From positions 2,176,001-2,240,000 of the forward strand of contig OZ241326.1 of assembly GCA_965199855.1 (NCBI GenBank): DNA of 64,000 bases. Direction: 5' to 3'. The position numbers and the translations under genes were made by a program. Numbering within the stretch: position 1 is the first letter of the stretch; each line of letters opens with the position of its first letter. The notes beneath the pieces are model-generated. The model was given only the letters and a program-made list of their open reading frames with translations. It did no database searches and was not told the DNA's origin. Shown one piece after another: positions 11,685 to 21,500 of this stretch. This DNA is from a bacterium (GTDB lineage Bacteria > UBA8248).

Positions 11685-12398
11685 TCACGCATCCTCAACA
11701 ACTTCCCCATACGCCAGGCGGATTTTCTCTAACATGGCGCCGAGCACCTGGTCAACGCCCATCCTGGTCGTCTCTATCTCCTCGGCGTCCTCGGCGCGGC
11801 GCAGCGGCGCGGCGCTTCTGCCTCGATCCCGCTCGTCCCTGCGCTTGAGGTCTTCCCGAAGGCTTTCGCGGTCGAAGGAAATCCCCCGCGCCTCGAGCTC
11901 GGCGAAGCGCCTGCGGATGCGCACCTCGATGTCCGCGTCGAGAAAAAACTTGACCCTCGCCTCCGGGAAAACCACCGTGCCGATGTCGCGCCCGTCGATG
12001 ACGGCGCCGCGCCGCCGCCCGAAGCTTCTCTGAAAATCGAGCAGCGCCTCGCGCACCGCCGGAATGGCGGACACGACCGAGGCCGCGTCGCTTATCTCCT
12101 CCTCCCGAAGGGCGTCGGTTACGTCCTCGCCATCCAGATAGTTCCGCCAGGCGCCCCCCTCCCTCCTGCACTCGAAGCGAAGCGCGCGCGCGGCGCCGAC
12201 CGCCCGCGCCTCGAGATCGCCCTCCCCGCTCTCCCGCAGCGCCTGATAGCCCACCGCCCGGTAGAGCGCGCCGCTCTCCAGGTAGTCGAAGCCCAGCCTC
12301 TCCGCAATCCCCTTGGCGGCCGTGCTCTTGCCCGAGCCCGCGGGGCCATCCACGGGAATGACGATGCCCGCGGATTCGCGGCGCGGCTCCGCGCTCAA
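11685..12398 (-). CDS. cmk: Cytidylate kinase
   Basis: DGPAGSGKST, SGALYRA, DGRDIGTVVFP, RRDERD; TTG start overlapping the tyrA stop. Confidence 0.95.
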   Translation of the reverse strand: MSAEPRRESAGIVIPVDGPAGSGKSTAAKGIAERLGFDYLESGALYRAVGYQALRESGEGDLEARAVGAARALRFECRREGGAWRNYLDGEDVTDALREEEISDAASVVSAIPAVREALLDFQRSFGRRRGAVIDGRDIGTVVFPEARVKFFLDADIEVRIRRRFAELEARGISFDRESLREDLKRRDERDRGRSAAPLRRAEDAEEIETTRMGVDQVLGAMLEKIRLAYGEVVEDA

Positions 12399-13255
12399 GC
12401 CCAGCCCTTTTCGCGCGCCCATTCGTCGCGCCCCTCCCTGGCGCGGCGAAACGCGCGCTCGAGTGCCTCCGAGTCCCCCTCCTCCACGAAGCGGCGAAGC
12501 GCGGCCAGCTCCCGCTCGAAGACGTCGAGCGAGCCCAGGAGCGCCTCGCGGTTGTCCTCGCAGATTTCGCGCCACATTTCGGGCCCCGAGGAGGCGATGC
12601 GGGAAAAATCCCGGAACCCGCCCGCCGCGTAGGGCAGGCCCGGCCCCTCGAGGGCGGCGTTCATCATGGCGTAGGCGAGCAGATGCGGCAGGTGGCTGAC
12701 CTCGGCCATCACGCGGTCGTGGGTATCGGGGTCGAGAACGTCCACCCGCGCGCCCACCCCCTCCCACAGCGCGCGCAGACGCCCGAGCGCCTCCGGGTCG
12801 CTTCTCTCCGTCGGCGTCAGGATGGTCTGGCGGCCCTCGAAGAGAGAGGAGAAACTCGCCTCCACGCCCGACTTCTCGGAGCCGGCGACGGGATGCCCCG
12901 CCACGAACCTGACCTCTCCCAGCTCCATCGCCTCCACCGCGCGCGCGTAGGGCGCCTTCACGCTCCCCACGTCAGTGAGCAGGGCGCCCGGCGCCATGCG
13001 GGGCAGAATCGCTTCCGTCACCCGCACCGCCGCCCGCACCGGGGTGCACACCACCACGAGGTCGGAATCGCGCGCGGCCTCGCGGTGATCCGTCTCGACG
13101 CGATCCACGACGCCCAGCGCGAGGGCGCGCGCCAGGTTGCCCGGGCTTCTTCCGGCGCCCACGAAGCGGGAGACGAGGCCCCTCTCCCGCGCGGCGCGCG
13201 CCAGCGAGCCGCCGATGAGGCCCACGCCGATAATCGTCATCTGCTCGAAAATCAT
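12395..13255 (-). CDS. tyrA: Prephenate/arogenate dehydrogenase
   Basis: IIGVGLIGGSLA, TDVGSVK, GHPVAGSEKSG, SHLPHLLAY, GFRDFSRIASS. Confidence 0.94.
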   Translation of the reverse strand: MIFEQMTIIGVGLIGGSLARAARERGLVSRFVGAGRSPGNLARALALGVVDRVETDHREAARDSDLVVVCTPVRAAVRVTEAILPRMAPGALLTDVGSVKAPYARAVEAMELGEVRFVAGHPVAGSEKSGVEASFSSLFEGRQTILTPTERSDPEALGRLRALWEGVGARVDVLDPDTHDRVMAEVSHLPHLLAYAMMNAALEGPGLPYAAGGFRDFSRIASSGPEMWREICEDNREALLGSLDVFERELAALRRFVEEGDSEALERAFRRAREGRDEWAREKGWA

Positions 13256-13406
13256 CCGGCAATCCCTCGCGTCCGGGCCTTCCCGGTTCGCCCCGGTCCC
13301 GGGCGGTGAGGCGACCGGGGCCGGCGACGCCCGCAAGACGCCCGGCGAACCCTCCCCGGCCCCTATCGAAAATACAGGAGGTTATGCCCGCATCTTATTG
13401 TTGTGA

Positions 13407-14495
13407 CTAAATTTTCAACACTTTTGAAAGCGCTCCCACGATGCGCTCGTTCTCCTCCGGCGTCCCGATGGAAATCCGCAGGTGGCGCGGAAAGCCGTAT
13501 CCCGCCACGGGCCTGACGATGACGCCTTCGCGCAGCAGCGCCTCATATACCCGCGCCCCCTCGCCCACCTCGACCATGATGAAATTCCCCTGCGTGGGCA
13601 CGAAGGGAAGCCCCATCGCCGAGAGTTCATGGACGAGATATTCCCGGCCCTCGGCGTTGACCGCCACTGTCCGCTCGACGTGCTCGACGTCCTCGAGAGC
13701 GGCCCGCGCGGCCGCCAGCGCCAGGGAGTTCGCGTTGAACGGCTCCCGAACGCTCTCCATCGCCTCGGCGACCTCGGCGTCCGCCGCGCCGTAGCCGATT
13801 CGCAGGCCGGCCAGCCCGTAGGCCTTCGAGAAGGTGCGCATGGCCACCAGGTTCGGAAACTCGCCCAGCATCTTCGGGGCGTCGGGGTAGTCCTCCAGAT
13901 GCGCGAAGTGGCAATACGCCTCGTCCATCACCACGAGGGCGGATGGGGGAATTTTTCGCAGAAACGCCCGCAGCCTCTTCTCGCCCACCGCCGTGCCCGT
14001 GGGGTTGTTGGGGTTCGCCAGAAAGACGATTTTCGTCTTCTCGCAGACGAGGGACGCCATGGCGTCGAGGTCCTGGTGATAGTCGCGCATCGGCGCGCGC
14101 CTGATCTCGCAGGCGCTGAGCTGCGAGACGATGTGATAGACGATGAAGGCGCCCTCGGAGAACACGACCGGATCCCCGGGGTCGAGATAGGCGTGGGCGA
14201 GAATCTCCAGCGCCTCGTTCGTCCCGTTGCCCAGAACGAAATTCTCCGGCGCGAGCCCGTGATGCGCGGCCAGCGCGTTTTTGAGATAAAAGCCCCCGCC
14301 GTCGGGATAGCGGTGCAGCCCGGAGAGGGCACGCTTCATCGCCTCCATCGCCTTCGGCGAGGGTCCCAGGGGGTTTTCGTTCGAGGCGACCTTGACGGAG
14401 CCGGCTATCCCCAGTTCGCGCTCGAGCTCCTCCACCGGCTTGCCCGGCTGATAGACGATGATGTCCGAAACGGGCCGCGCCCTTCGATATTTCAT
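13407..14495 (-). CDS. hisC: Histidinol-phosphate / aromatic aminotransferase
   Basis: YQPGKP, SNENPLG, NPNNPTGT, DEAY, RTFSKAYGLAGLRIGY. Confidence 0.95.
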   Translation of the reverse strand: MKYRRARPVSDIIVYQPGKPVEELERELGIAGSVKVASNENPLGPSPKAMEAMKRALSGLHRYPDGGGFYLKNALAAHHGLAPENFVLGNGTNEALEILAHAYLDPGDPVVFSEGAFIVYHIVSQLSACEIRRAPMRDYHQDLDAMASLVCEKTKIVFLANPNNPTGTAVGEKRLRAFLRKIPPSALVVMDEAYCHFAHLEDYPDAPKMLGEFPNLVAMRTFSKAYGLAGLRIGYGAADAEVAEAMESVREPFNANSLALAAARAALEDVEHVERTVAVNAEGREYLVHELSAMGLPFVPTQGNFIMVEVGEGARVYEALLREGVIVRPVAGYGFPRHLRISIGTPEENERIVGALSKVLKI

Positions 14496-14570
14496 CCCCT
14501 CTCCCCATCCTGCCGGCGGCGCGGGGCGGCCGCGCGTCCGGCGCGCCGCCGCCCTCGGGAAAACCGCCCC

Positions 14571-15392
14571 TTACTGCGTCACCGGGTATGACCCCAGCAC
14601 GCGCAGGAAGTCCACCCGGCTTTTCAGCCCGGAAATTCCCCGGGCGAGCGGGGCGTCCTCCGCGTGGCCGTCGATTTCCATATAGAACACGTACTCCCAC
14701 GCCTCCTTGCGGGAGGGGCGGGATTCGATTTTCGTCATGTTCAGCTCCCGCTCGGCGATGGGGGCGAGCGCCTTGTGGAGCGCGCCGGATTCGTTTCGGA
14801 GGCCGAAGAGCAGGCTCGTCTTGGAATGCGCCCCGCGCTCGGGCTCCTCCGCGCCGATGACGAAAAAGCGCGTGACGTTGATGCGCTCGGAGTCGAGCTT
14901 CTCCTCCAGCACGCGCAGGCCGTAGCGGGCGGCCGCCAGACGGCTGCCCAGGGCGGCGAGGCGCGCGTCCTCCGCCGCCATCTTCGCCGCGAGCGAGGTG
15001 CTCGCCACCTCCTCGACCGGCACGCCCGCCGCCCTCTCGCGCAGCCAGCGGCGGCACTGCGCTACCGCGTGGGGGTGGCTGAGAATGCGCTCCACCTCCC
15101 GAACCGAGCCCGCGTTCGTGAGCAGGTGAATGTCGATGGGAAGGCGTATCTCGCCCGTCGGCCGCAGGGGGGAGTCCACCAGCCTGTCCAGGGTGATGTT
15201 GACGGTGCCCTCGATGGCGTTCTCTATCGGCGCGACGCCCCACCGGGAGCGGCGGCTTTCCGCCGCGTCGAACACGGCGTCGATGCTGGGCTCGGGGGCG
15301 AGCGCGGCCCCCTCGCCGAAGCGCAGAAGCGCGGCCTCGTGCGTGAAGGTGGCCTCGGGCCCCAGATAGCTCACTCTCGGCAAATCGCTCAT
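14571..15392 (-). CDS. pheA: Prephenate dehydratase (monofunctional, with ACT domain)
   Basis: YLGPEATFT, PIEN, SHPHAVAQC, NVTRFFVIG, TKIESRP; no N-terminal chorismate mutase domain. Confidence 0.93.
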   Translation of the reverse strand: MSDLPRVSYLGPEATFTHEAALLRFGEGAALAPEPSIDAVFDAAESRRSRWGVAPIENAIEGTVNITLDRLVDSPLRPTGEIRLPIDIHLLTNAGSVREVERILSHPHAVAQCRRWLRERAAGVPVEEVASTSLAAKMAAEDARLAALGSRLAAARYGLRVLEEKLDSERINVTRFFVIGAEEPERGAHSKTSLLFGLRNESGALHKALAPIAERELNMTKIESRPSRKEAWEYVFYMEIDGHAEDAPLARGISGLKSRVDFLRVLGSYPVTQ

Positions 15393-15542
15393 GGCGCGAA
15401 ACCCGCCTTCCCCTGAAGCCTCGTGCGCGGAAACCGCGCTATCCTACCCCAGCGTCCGGCGATTGTGAACGCGCGGACGCTCTGGCAGACTGGGGCGCGC
15501 GTCCATCGCGCCGTTCATCCGGATCTCTCGCGGGGAGGAGCC

Positions 15543-16676
15543 ATGAAAATCACGGACGTGGAGGCGTATACGCTCACCGGCCCGCCGGAGGAGCGCGGAC
15601 ACTGGGTGAGCCACTACCCCGTCCACCAGGCGAACGAGCTGCTCGTGCGGCTCAGGACGGACGAGGGGATCGAGGGCTTCGGCCTCGGCAGCAGCCGCCT
15701 GCTCATCAAGGGCGCGGCCGAGATGTTCGGCGGGGGACTCCGGGACTTCATCCTGGGACAGGACGCCCTCGCTCCCGAGCGTCTGTATGAAAAAATCTTC
15801 TCCATCACCCACCAGAAGGTCGCCTACCAGAAAGAATGGGCGCGGAGCGCGCTGCTCATCGCCGCGGCGGCCGTGGACATCGCCATGTGGGACATCATGG
15901 GCAAGGCCGCCGGCCAGCCCCTGTTCCGCCTTTTCGGGGGCTACCGGGAGGAGGTTCCCTGCTACGTAACCTGCGCCTACTACCGGGACGGCAAGGGACT
16001 GGACGAGCTGCGCGAGGAGATGGAGATGCTGCGCGGCCAGGGGCACCGGGCGTTCAAGGCGAAGATCGGCGGCGCCCCGCTCGGGGAGGACATGGCGCGC
16101 CTGCGCGTCGTCCGGGAGGTCATCGGCGAGGACGCCGACCTCATGCTCGACGTGAACGGCGCGTGGGATCTGCCCACCGCCATCGAGGGCGCGCGCCTGC
16201 TGGAGGAGATTCGCCCCCGGTGGCTCGAGGAGCCCGTGCGCTGGTTCGACGACCGCCGCGAGCTGAAAATCCTCTCGCGGAAGACGAACATCCCCCTCTC
16301 CGCGGGCGAGAGCGAGCAGACCCCGCACGGGGTCCGCGCCCTGCTGGAGGAGGGCGCCGTAGAGGTCGCGCAGTTCGACTGCACGCGCATGGGCGGGTTC
16401 ACCATGGGGCGGAAGCTCGCCGCGCTGGCGGAGCTCAACCACGTGGAGGTCGCCCCCCACCACGACTGCTTCCTCCACGCCCACGTCGTGGCCGCCTCGC
16501 CGGCGGGCCTCGTCGTGGAGTCCTTCACGGACCCCGAGCGCGACCCGCTCCAGGCCGATCTGTTCGAGAACCCGCCCCGCATCGAGAACGGGACGCTTTA
16601 TCTCAACGACGAGCCGGGGCTGGGCCTCGCGCTTTCGGAGAAGGCGGTGGCGAAGTTCGGAGCGCGGGCGGCGTGA
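15543..16676 (+). CDS. Mandelate racemase/muconate lactonizing enzyme family enolase
   Basis: VDIAMWDIMGK, FKAKIG, LMLDVNG, WLEEPV, SAGESE; GGAGGAG RBS before ATG 15543. Confidence 0.92.
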   Translation: MKITDVEAYTLTGPPEERGHWVSHYPVHQANELLVRLRTDEGIEGFGLGSSRLLIKGAAEMFGGGLRDFILGQDALAPERLYEKIFSITHQKVAYQKEWARSALLIAAAAVDIAMWDIMGKAAGQPLFRLFGGYREEVPCYVTCAYYRDGKGLDELREEMEMLRGQGHRAFKAKIGGAPLGEDMARLRVVREVIGEDADLMLDVNGAWDLPTAIEGARLLEEIRPRWLEEPVRWFDDRRELKILSRKTNIPLSAGESEQTPHGVRALLEEGAVEVAQFDCTRMGGFTMGRKLAALAELNHVEVAPHHDCFLHAHVVAASPAGLVVESFTDPERDPLQADLFENPPRIENGTLYLNDEPGLGLALSEKAVAKFGARAA

Positions 16677-16715
16677 GGGCGCGAGCGGCTCCCCCGCCGT
16701 CGGCGCTCGCCGCCG

Positions 16716-17606
16716 CTACAAATGCTTCCCGAACCAGGCGACGGCCTCGACCATGCCGATTTCGTGATGCGCGGGGCTGCAGAAGAAATAGGATTCGTAG
16801 TGCTGGGCGCCGGGCAGCTTCACGATCTTCTTCGGCTCGCCGCAGGCCTCGTAGCATCTGATCTGCTGATCCACCGGGACGAGATAGTCGTTCTCCGAGT
16901 AGATGAACATCACCGGGCGCGGGGCGATGCGCCCCGCCACCCACTCGGGCTTGCAGCGCCAGCAGGCCTCGGCGCTTTGCAGGTCGTAGTCCTTCACGTA
17001 GTCGCCGTGCTTCTGGTGATGCTCCTGAATCACCCGGAGGGTGTGGGGGTCGCAGAGCATGATTTCGGGAAGCGGCATCGTGGTCGGCTCGCCGGTGGCG
17101 ACCCGCCTGCGGGCGGCCTCCATCACCTTCTCGCGGAAGGCGGCCCACTCGTGCGGCCTTCGCACCGAGCGCATCCAGCGCTCCCCCTCGTGCACCCCGA
17201 CGGAGGAGACCACCGCCTTCACGCGCTCGTCGAAGGCCGCCACCCAGATGGCGTTCGCCCCCCCGAAGCTCGTCCCGTATATGCCGATGCGCCCGGGGTC
17301 CACGCCCTCGACCGTCTCCAGGTAGGTGATGGCGTCGTAGGTGTCCTGGGCCTGCTCCAGAGGGCGCTGGCGGCCGCGCTCGCCCTCGCTCTTGCCGAAG
17401 CCGCGGTGGTCCGGCGCGAGGACGAAGTAGCCCTCCTCCCAAAGGCGCCGCGGCGCGTCCATGCCATAGACCTCCTTCATCCCGCTGTAGCCGTGCAGGC
17501 AGATGACGGCGGGCCGCGCCGCGTCGCCCGCCCGCCAGTCCCCGGGCGCATAGAGGTGGGCGGCTATCCTGAGTCCGTCGCTGTAGTAGAAAATTTCCTC
17601 ATACAT
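16716..17606 (-). CDS. Alpha/beta fold hydrolase
   Basis: CLHGYSG, DHRGFGKSEG, nucleophile elbow GTSFGG, C-terminal His (GAQHY). Confidence 0.9.
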   Translation of the reverse strand: MYEEIFYYSDGLRIAAHLYAPGDWRAGDAARPAVICLHGYSGMKEVYGMDAPRRLWEEGYFVLAPDHRGFGKSEGERGRQRPLEQAQDTYDAITYLETVEGVDPGRIGIYGTSFGGANAIWVAAFDERVKAVVSSVGVHEGERWMRSVRRPHEWAAFREKVMEAARRRVATGEPTTMPLPEIMLCDPHTLRVIQEHHQKHGDYVKDYDLQSAEACWRCKPEWVAGRIAPRPVMFIYSENDYLVPVDQQIRCYEACGEPKKIVKLPGAQHYESYFFCSPAHHEIGMVEAVAWFGKHL

Positions 17607-17781
17607 GCGGATTCCCCCTGCGGGCGCGCGGCGCGCCGCTCTTTTTCGGGGCCGGGAGGCGGTCGCGCCCCCGGCGAGGCTTGTCCGTAGAATCTTTCGG
17701 GGAATTGTAGGCGAAATCCCGACAAAAGCCAAAAGCGGACCGCCGGGGGACGCCTTCGCGGGAACGAGGCGCGACAATCCC

Positions 17782-18079
17782 GCAGGGGCGGTTCGGGAAC
17801 CGCCCGTCCCGCCATAAACGGGAACGGCGTGGGACGGATGAATGCGTCCCCTACAAAATCAAAATCGCCACCGCCCGTAGGGGGCGCGAATTCGCGCCCC
17901 GTTGCGGGCCCGGCGATAACGCGGGGCGGATCGTAGGGACAATCCCCCGTTGTTGTCCGCGCCGCATCCGCATCCCGCCGGGGCGCGACCATCCCCGTAG
18001 TCGTTCGGGAACGACCCGCCGCCTGTGGTGCGAACGCCTCTTGAATGCGGGCGGCTCGCGAGCCGCCCCTACGAAGGCA
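17782..18079. repeat. Cluster of GTAG-type REP palindromes (BIME/REPIN-like mosaic), copy 1
   Basis: About six hairpins, e.g. GCAGGGGCGGTTCGGGAACCGCCC, GTAGGGGGCGCGAATTCGCGCCCC, GGGCGGCTCGCGAGCCGCCCCTAC. Confidence 0.85.
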
Positions 18080-18140
18080 TAAAATCCGCGCCCATCCCCG
18101 GCGAGCGGCGCGGCGGCGCGAATCCTCCGGAAATCGCTGC

Positions 18141-18170
18141 TTGTCTCCCGCGCCTCTCCGCGTATATGAT
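18141..18170 (+). promoter_or_regulatory. Putative sigma70 promoter for the leader/autotransporter unit
   Basis: TTGTCT-18 nt-TATGAT upstream of the GAGGAGG RBS at 18196. Confidence 0.45.
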
Positions 18171-18209
18171 GGGGGAGAATCATCCGCTTTTCCACGAGGA
18201 GGATCCGCG

Positions 18210-18563
18210 ATGCCGTTTGCCTTCGCCGCGAGCCTGCGGCATACTGCGCCCGACTCACCGACTCACCGACTCACCGACTCACCGACTCACCGACTCACCG
18301 ACTCACCGACTCACCGACTCACCGACTCACCGACTCACCGACTCACCGACTCACCGACTCACCGACTCACCGACTCACCGACTCACCGACTCACCGACTC
18401 ACCGACTCACCGACTCACCGACTCACCGACTCACCGACTCACCGACTCACCGACTCACCGACTCACCGACTCACCGACTCACCGACTCACCGACTCACCG
18501 ACTCACCGACTCACCGACTCACCGACTCACCGACTCACCGACATGAAAAGGAGCGCGCCGTGA
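18210..18563 (+). CDS. Putative leader ORF spanning the octanucleotide repeat (MPFAFAASLRHTAPD-(SPTHRLTD)n-MKRSAP)
   Basis: GAGGAGG 7 nt before ATG 18210; its TGA overlaps the autotransporter GTG (GTGA). Confidence 0.5.
   Translation: MPFAFAASLRHTAPDSPTHRLTDSPTHRLTDSPTHRLTDSPTHRLTDSPTHRLTDSPTHRLTDSPTHRLTDSPTHRLTDSPTHRLTDSPTHRLTDSPTHRLTDSPTHRLTDMKRSAP
18250..18542 (+). repeat. Perfect simple sequence repeat (CCGACTCA)x36 plus CCGAC
   Basis: Read directly; 293 bp; ends 17 nt before the autotransporter start. Confidence 0.97.
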
Positions 18564-21500
18564 GACGAAAGAAGCGGGCCGCCGTCCTCGCCCCGGGCCT
18601 CCTCGCGCTCCTGCTCTGCGCGGGGGAGGCGGCGGCGCAGACCGCCGTGTGCAGCAGCACGCCCGCCGCGAACCAGAGAATCAGCTGCGTCGAGGGCATC
18701 GGCAGCGCGAGCGACATCCGCATCGACGCGATGAACCTCGCCATCTCGCTGACGGCCGCTACGAACGACGGGGTGTATTTGCGGCATGACGGCTCGGGCG
18801 CCATCGACGTCGACCTGACGGGCGGCGCCATCACGACGACGGGCGCGCAATCCTACGGCGTCGCCGGCGTGCGCCTGGGCCCGAGCGGCGCCACCGACAT
18901 CACCCTGAAGAACATCGCCGTCAAGACGAGCGCCGGACGCGCCTGGGGCGTGGTGGTCGATCGGAAAACCGGGACGGGCGACATCGGCATCGACGTTCAG
19001 GGCGGCTCCATCGAGACGGAGGGAGCCCGCAGCGCGGCCGTCCACGCTTTTCAGCGGGGCTCCGGCGGCATCGATATCGACGTGAAGACCGCCGCCCTCA
19101 CGGTCGGCGGCGAGGAGGCCTTCGCCATCTACGGCCTTCGCTCGGGCGCGGCGGGCGACATCGACATCAGCGTTCAGGGCGGCTCCCTCGAGACGAAGTC
19201 TTCCTTCGCTCACGCCATCTACGCCAAGGCGGAGTTCGCGAGCGCCGCCGAGGCGGGCGGAGACATCGCCGTCAAGGTGACGGACGCTTCCGTGACGACC
19301 CGGGGAGCGTTCTCCTACGGCGTCTCCGCGGAGCATCTGGGCAAGGGCGAGGTCGCCGTCGAAGTGTCGGGCGCCGCCGTCGTCGCGGCGGAGGGCGGGA
19401 ACGGCGTCGGCGTCCATGCCCATCACGGCAAGCGCGCCGAGATCGCCGGCGGCGACACCACCGTCGATGTCACGATCGGCGCAGACGCGCGGATAAGGGC
19501 GCCCTTCGGCGTCGGCGTCCATGGCCGGCTGGGCCTCGACAACGCGGCGGGCGTCTCCGTCACGCACGGGGGCGTCATTGAGGCGCGCGACGCCGGCGTC
19601 CTCGCCTGGGCGGCGCGAGCGAGCGGCTCCGCTGCGGACAACGCGGCGAGAACGGCGCCGATGATTCACGTCGCATCGAGCGGGAACATTGCGGTCGGCG
19701 CGGGCGTGATGGACGCCTACGTCCGCGAATTCGCGGCGGGGGCGGACGGGACGCTCTCGGCGGCGGAGCGGGCCGTTCTGGACGCCATCGAGGCGGAGAA
19801 TTCGACCGCGCTGAATACGGCGCTCGCCGCGCTTCCCGCCTCCTATACGGACGACTGGAAGGCGCGCGCGCGAGGCTTTTTGAGCGCGCGCGGCCGGGGC
19901 GCGACGGATCAGACGGCGTCAACCGTAAGCGCGGCGGACGCGATCGTGCCGGGGGAGTCGTCGGCCCAGGTTCTGGGCTTCTCCCTCTCGGCCGTGAAGC
20001 CGACGGACGCGGGCATGGCGGCGGAGGCCGCGGCGCGAGGGATTCTGGGCCTCTCTCTCGCGGGGATTCGCGCCCTGGCGCTTTCCCATACCGCCATCGC
20101 CGATTACGTCCGACAAGGGGATCGGGACCCGGCGATTCTCGCCATCGCCGAGGCGTCCCGCACGACGCAGCAGAAGGCTGCGCTGGCGGCGCAGGAGCTT
20201 CTCTCGGCCGCCGAGCGGACGGTGCTGGCGGCCGTCCTGACGGGGGGCGACCTGGCGGCGGCGCTCGCCGCGCTTCCGGCCGCCTATACGGACGACTGGA
20301 AGGACGGCGTCCGCAGACATGCGGCGAGCTACAACGCGGGGAATATCCGCGTGGACGTTGAGGGCGGCGCGATAACCGCCGAGGGAAACGGCGCGGAGGC
20401 GCTCTACGCGGTTCCGCATGAGAGGAACGGGGCCATAGCGGTGAACGTAGCCGAGGGCGCGAGCGTCTCGGGCGGCGCGAACGGGCTCTATCTTTCAGGC
20501 GCCGGCGCGGGCGATGGGAATTTCCGCGCGCAGAGCGTCTCGATTGACGGGGAGGTGACGGGCGGAGACGGCGCGGGCGTCTATATGAAGGGCGGCGGCA
20601 GGCTGACGGTGGGCGCGACGGGCAGCGTGGGCGCGGAATCGGGCGTCGCCATCCTGGCGGACGGGCCGGGCGATTTTCACGCGGAGATCGCGGGGGAGGT
20701 CGAGGGCGGCGTCCGAAGCGAGGGCGCGGGCGACTTCACCGCCGAGATCTCCGGCATGGTGAGCGGCGACATCCACGCCGCGGGCGATCTGACGGCGACG
20801 ATTTCGGGGACGGTAACGGGCGACGTTCGGAGCGCGGGCGACCTCATGGCGACCATCTCCGGCGCGGTGGACGGGAACATAGAGGGCCTGGGCGCGGGCG
20901 ATCACGTGGTCTCCGTCTCCCGGGGCGGGGTCGTGACGGGCGAGATTCATCTGGCGGCGAGCGAGGTGCGCGTGGACGGAACGGTCGGCGTCGTGCGCCT
21001 CGACAGGGGCGGGATGGTCTCGATTGGCCCGGCGGCCGTCATCCGGGGCGTGGACGGCGTGGCGGTTCGCTCCTCGGGGGGGGCGGCGTCGCGTCTCCAT
21101 TTCAGCATGAGCCTGCCCCGCGATCGCCTCATCCGGGACGCCATCGGCGACGCCTGGATCATCAACGACGGGGGCGGGACGGACATACTCGTCAACGGCG
21201 TGAAGCTGCACGACGCGGAGCGGGGCGCGACGGGCCTCGCGGCCCAGATCGGGGGGCGGGCCGTGACCGTGCGGTCGAGCGAAGTCATTCTGGACAGGGA
21301 CTTCTCCGCGCTGGACTTCATCGACGCGCTCACCCCGCGCGCGGGGGTCTATGAGGCGTTGCCGGGGCTTCTGCTTCGCATGGAGAGCGGGCGGGCGCGG
21401 GAGGCGAGGACGACCGCGGAGGGCTCGCCCGTCTGGGTTCGCCTCTCGGCGGCGGAAGGCTCGCGCGGGGCGAAGCGCTCCACTTCCGCCTCGAAATACG

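Noticed and set aside
13376-13410. Micro-ORF MPASYCCD with AGGAGG, convergent on hisC
   Set aside because: SD-ATG spacing is only 2 nt, 8 codons, antisense within an operon; insufficient support.
18250-18542. Possible CRISPR array
   Set aside because: Pure 8-bp tandem repeat with no spacers and no cas genes in the window.
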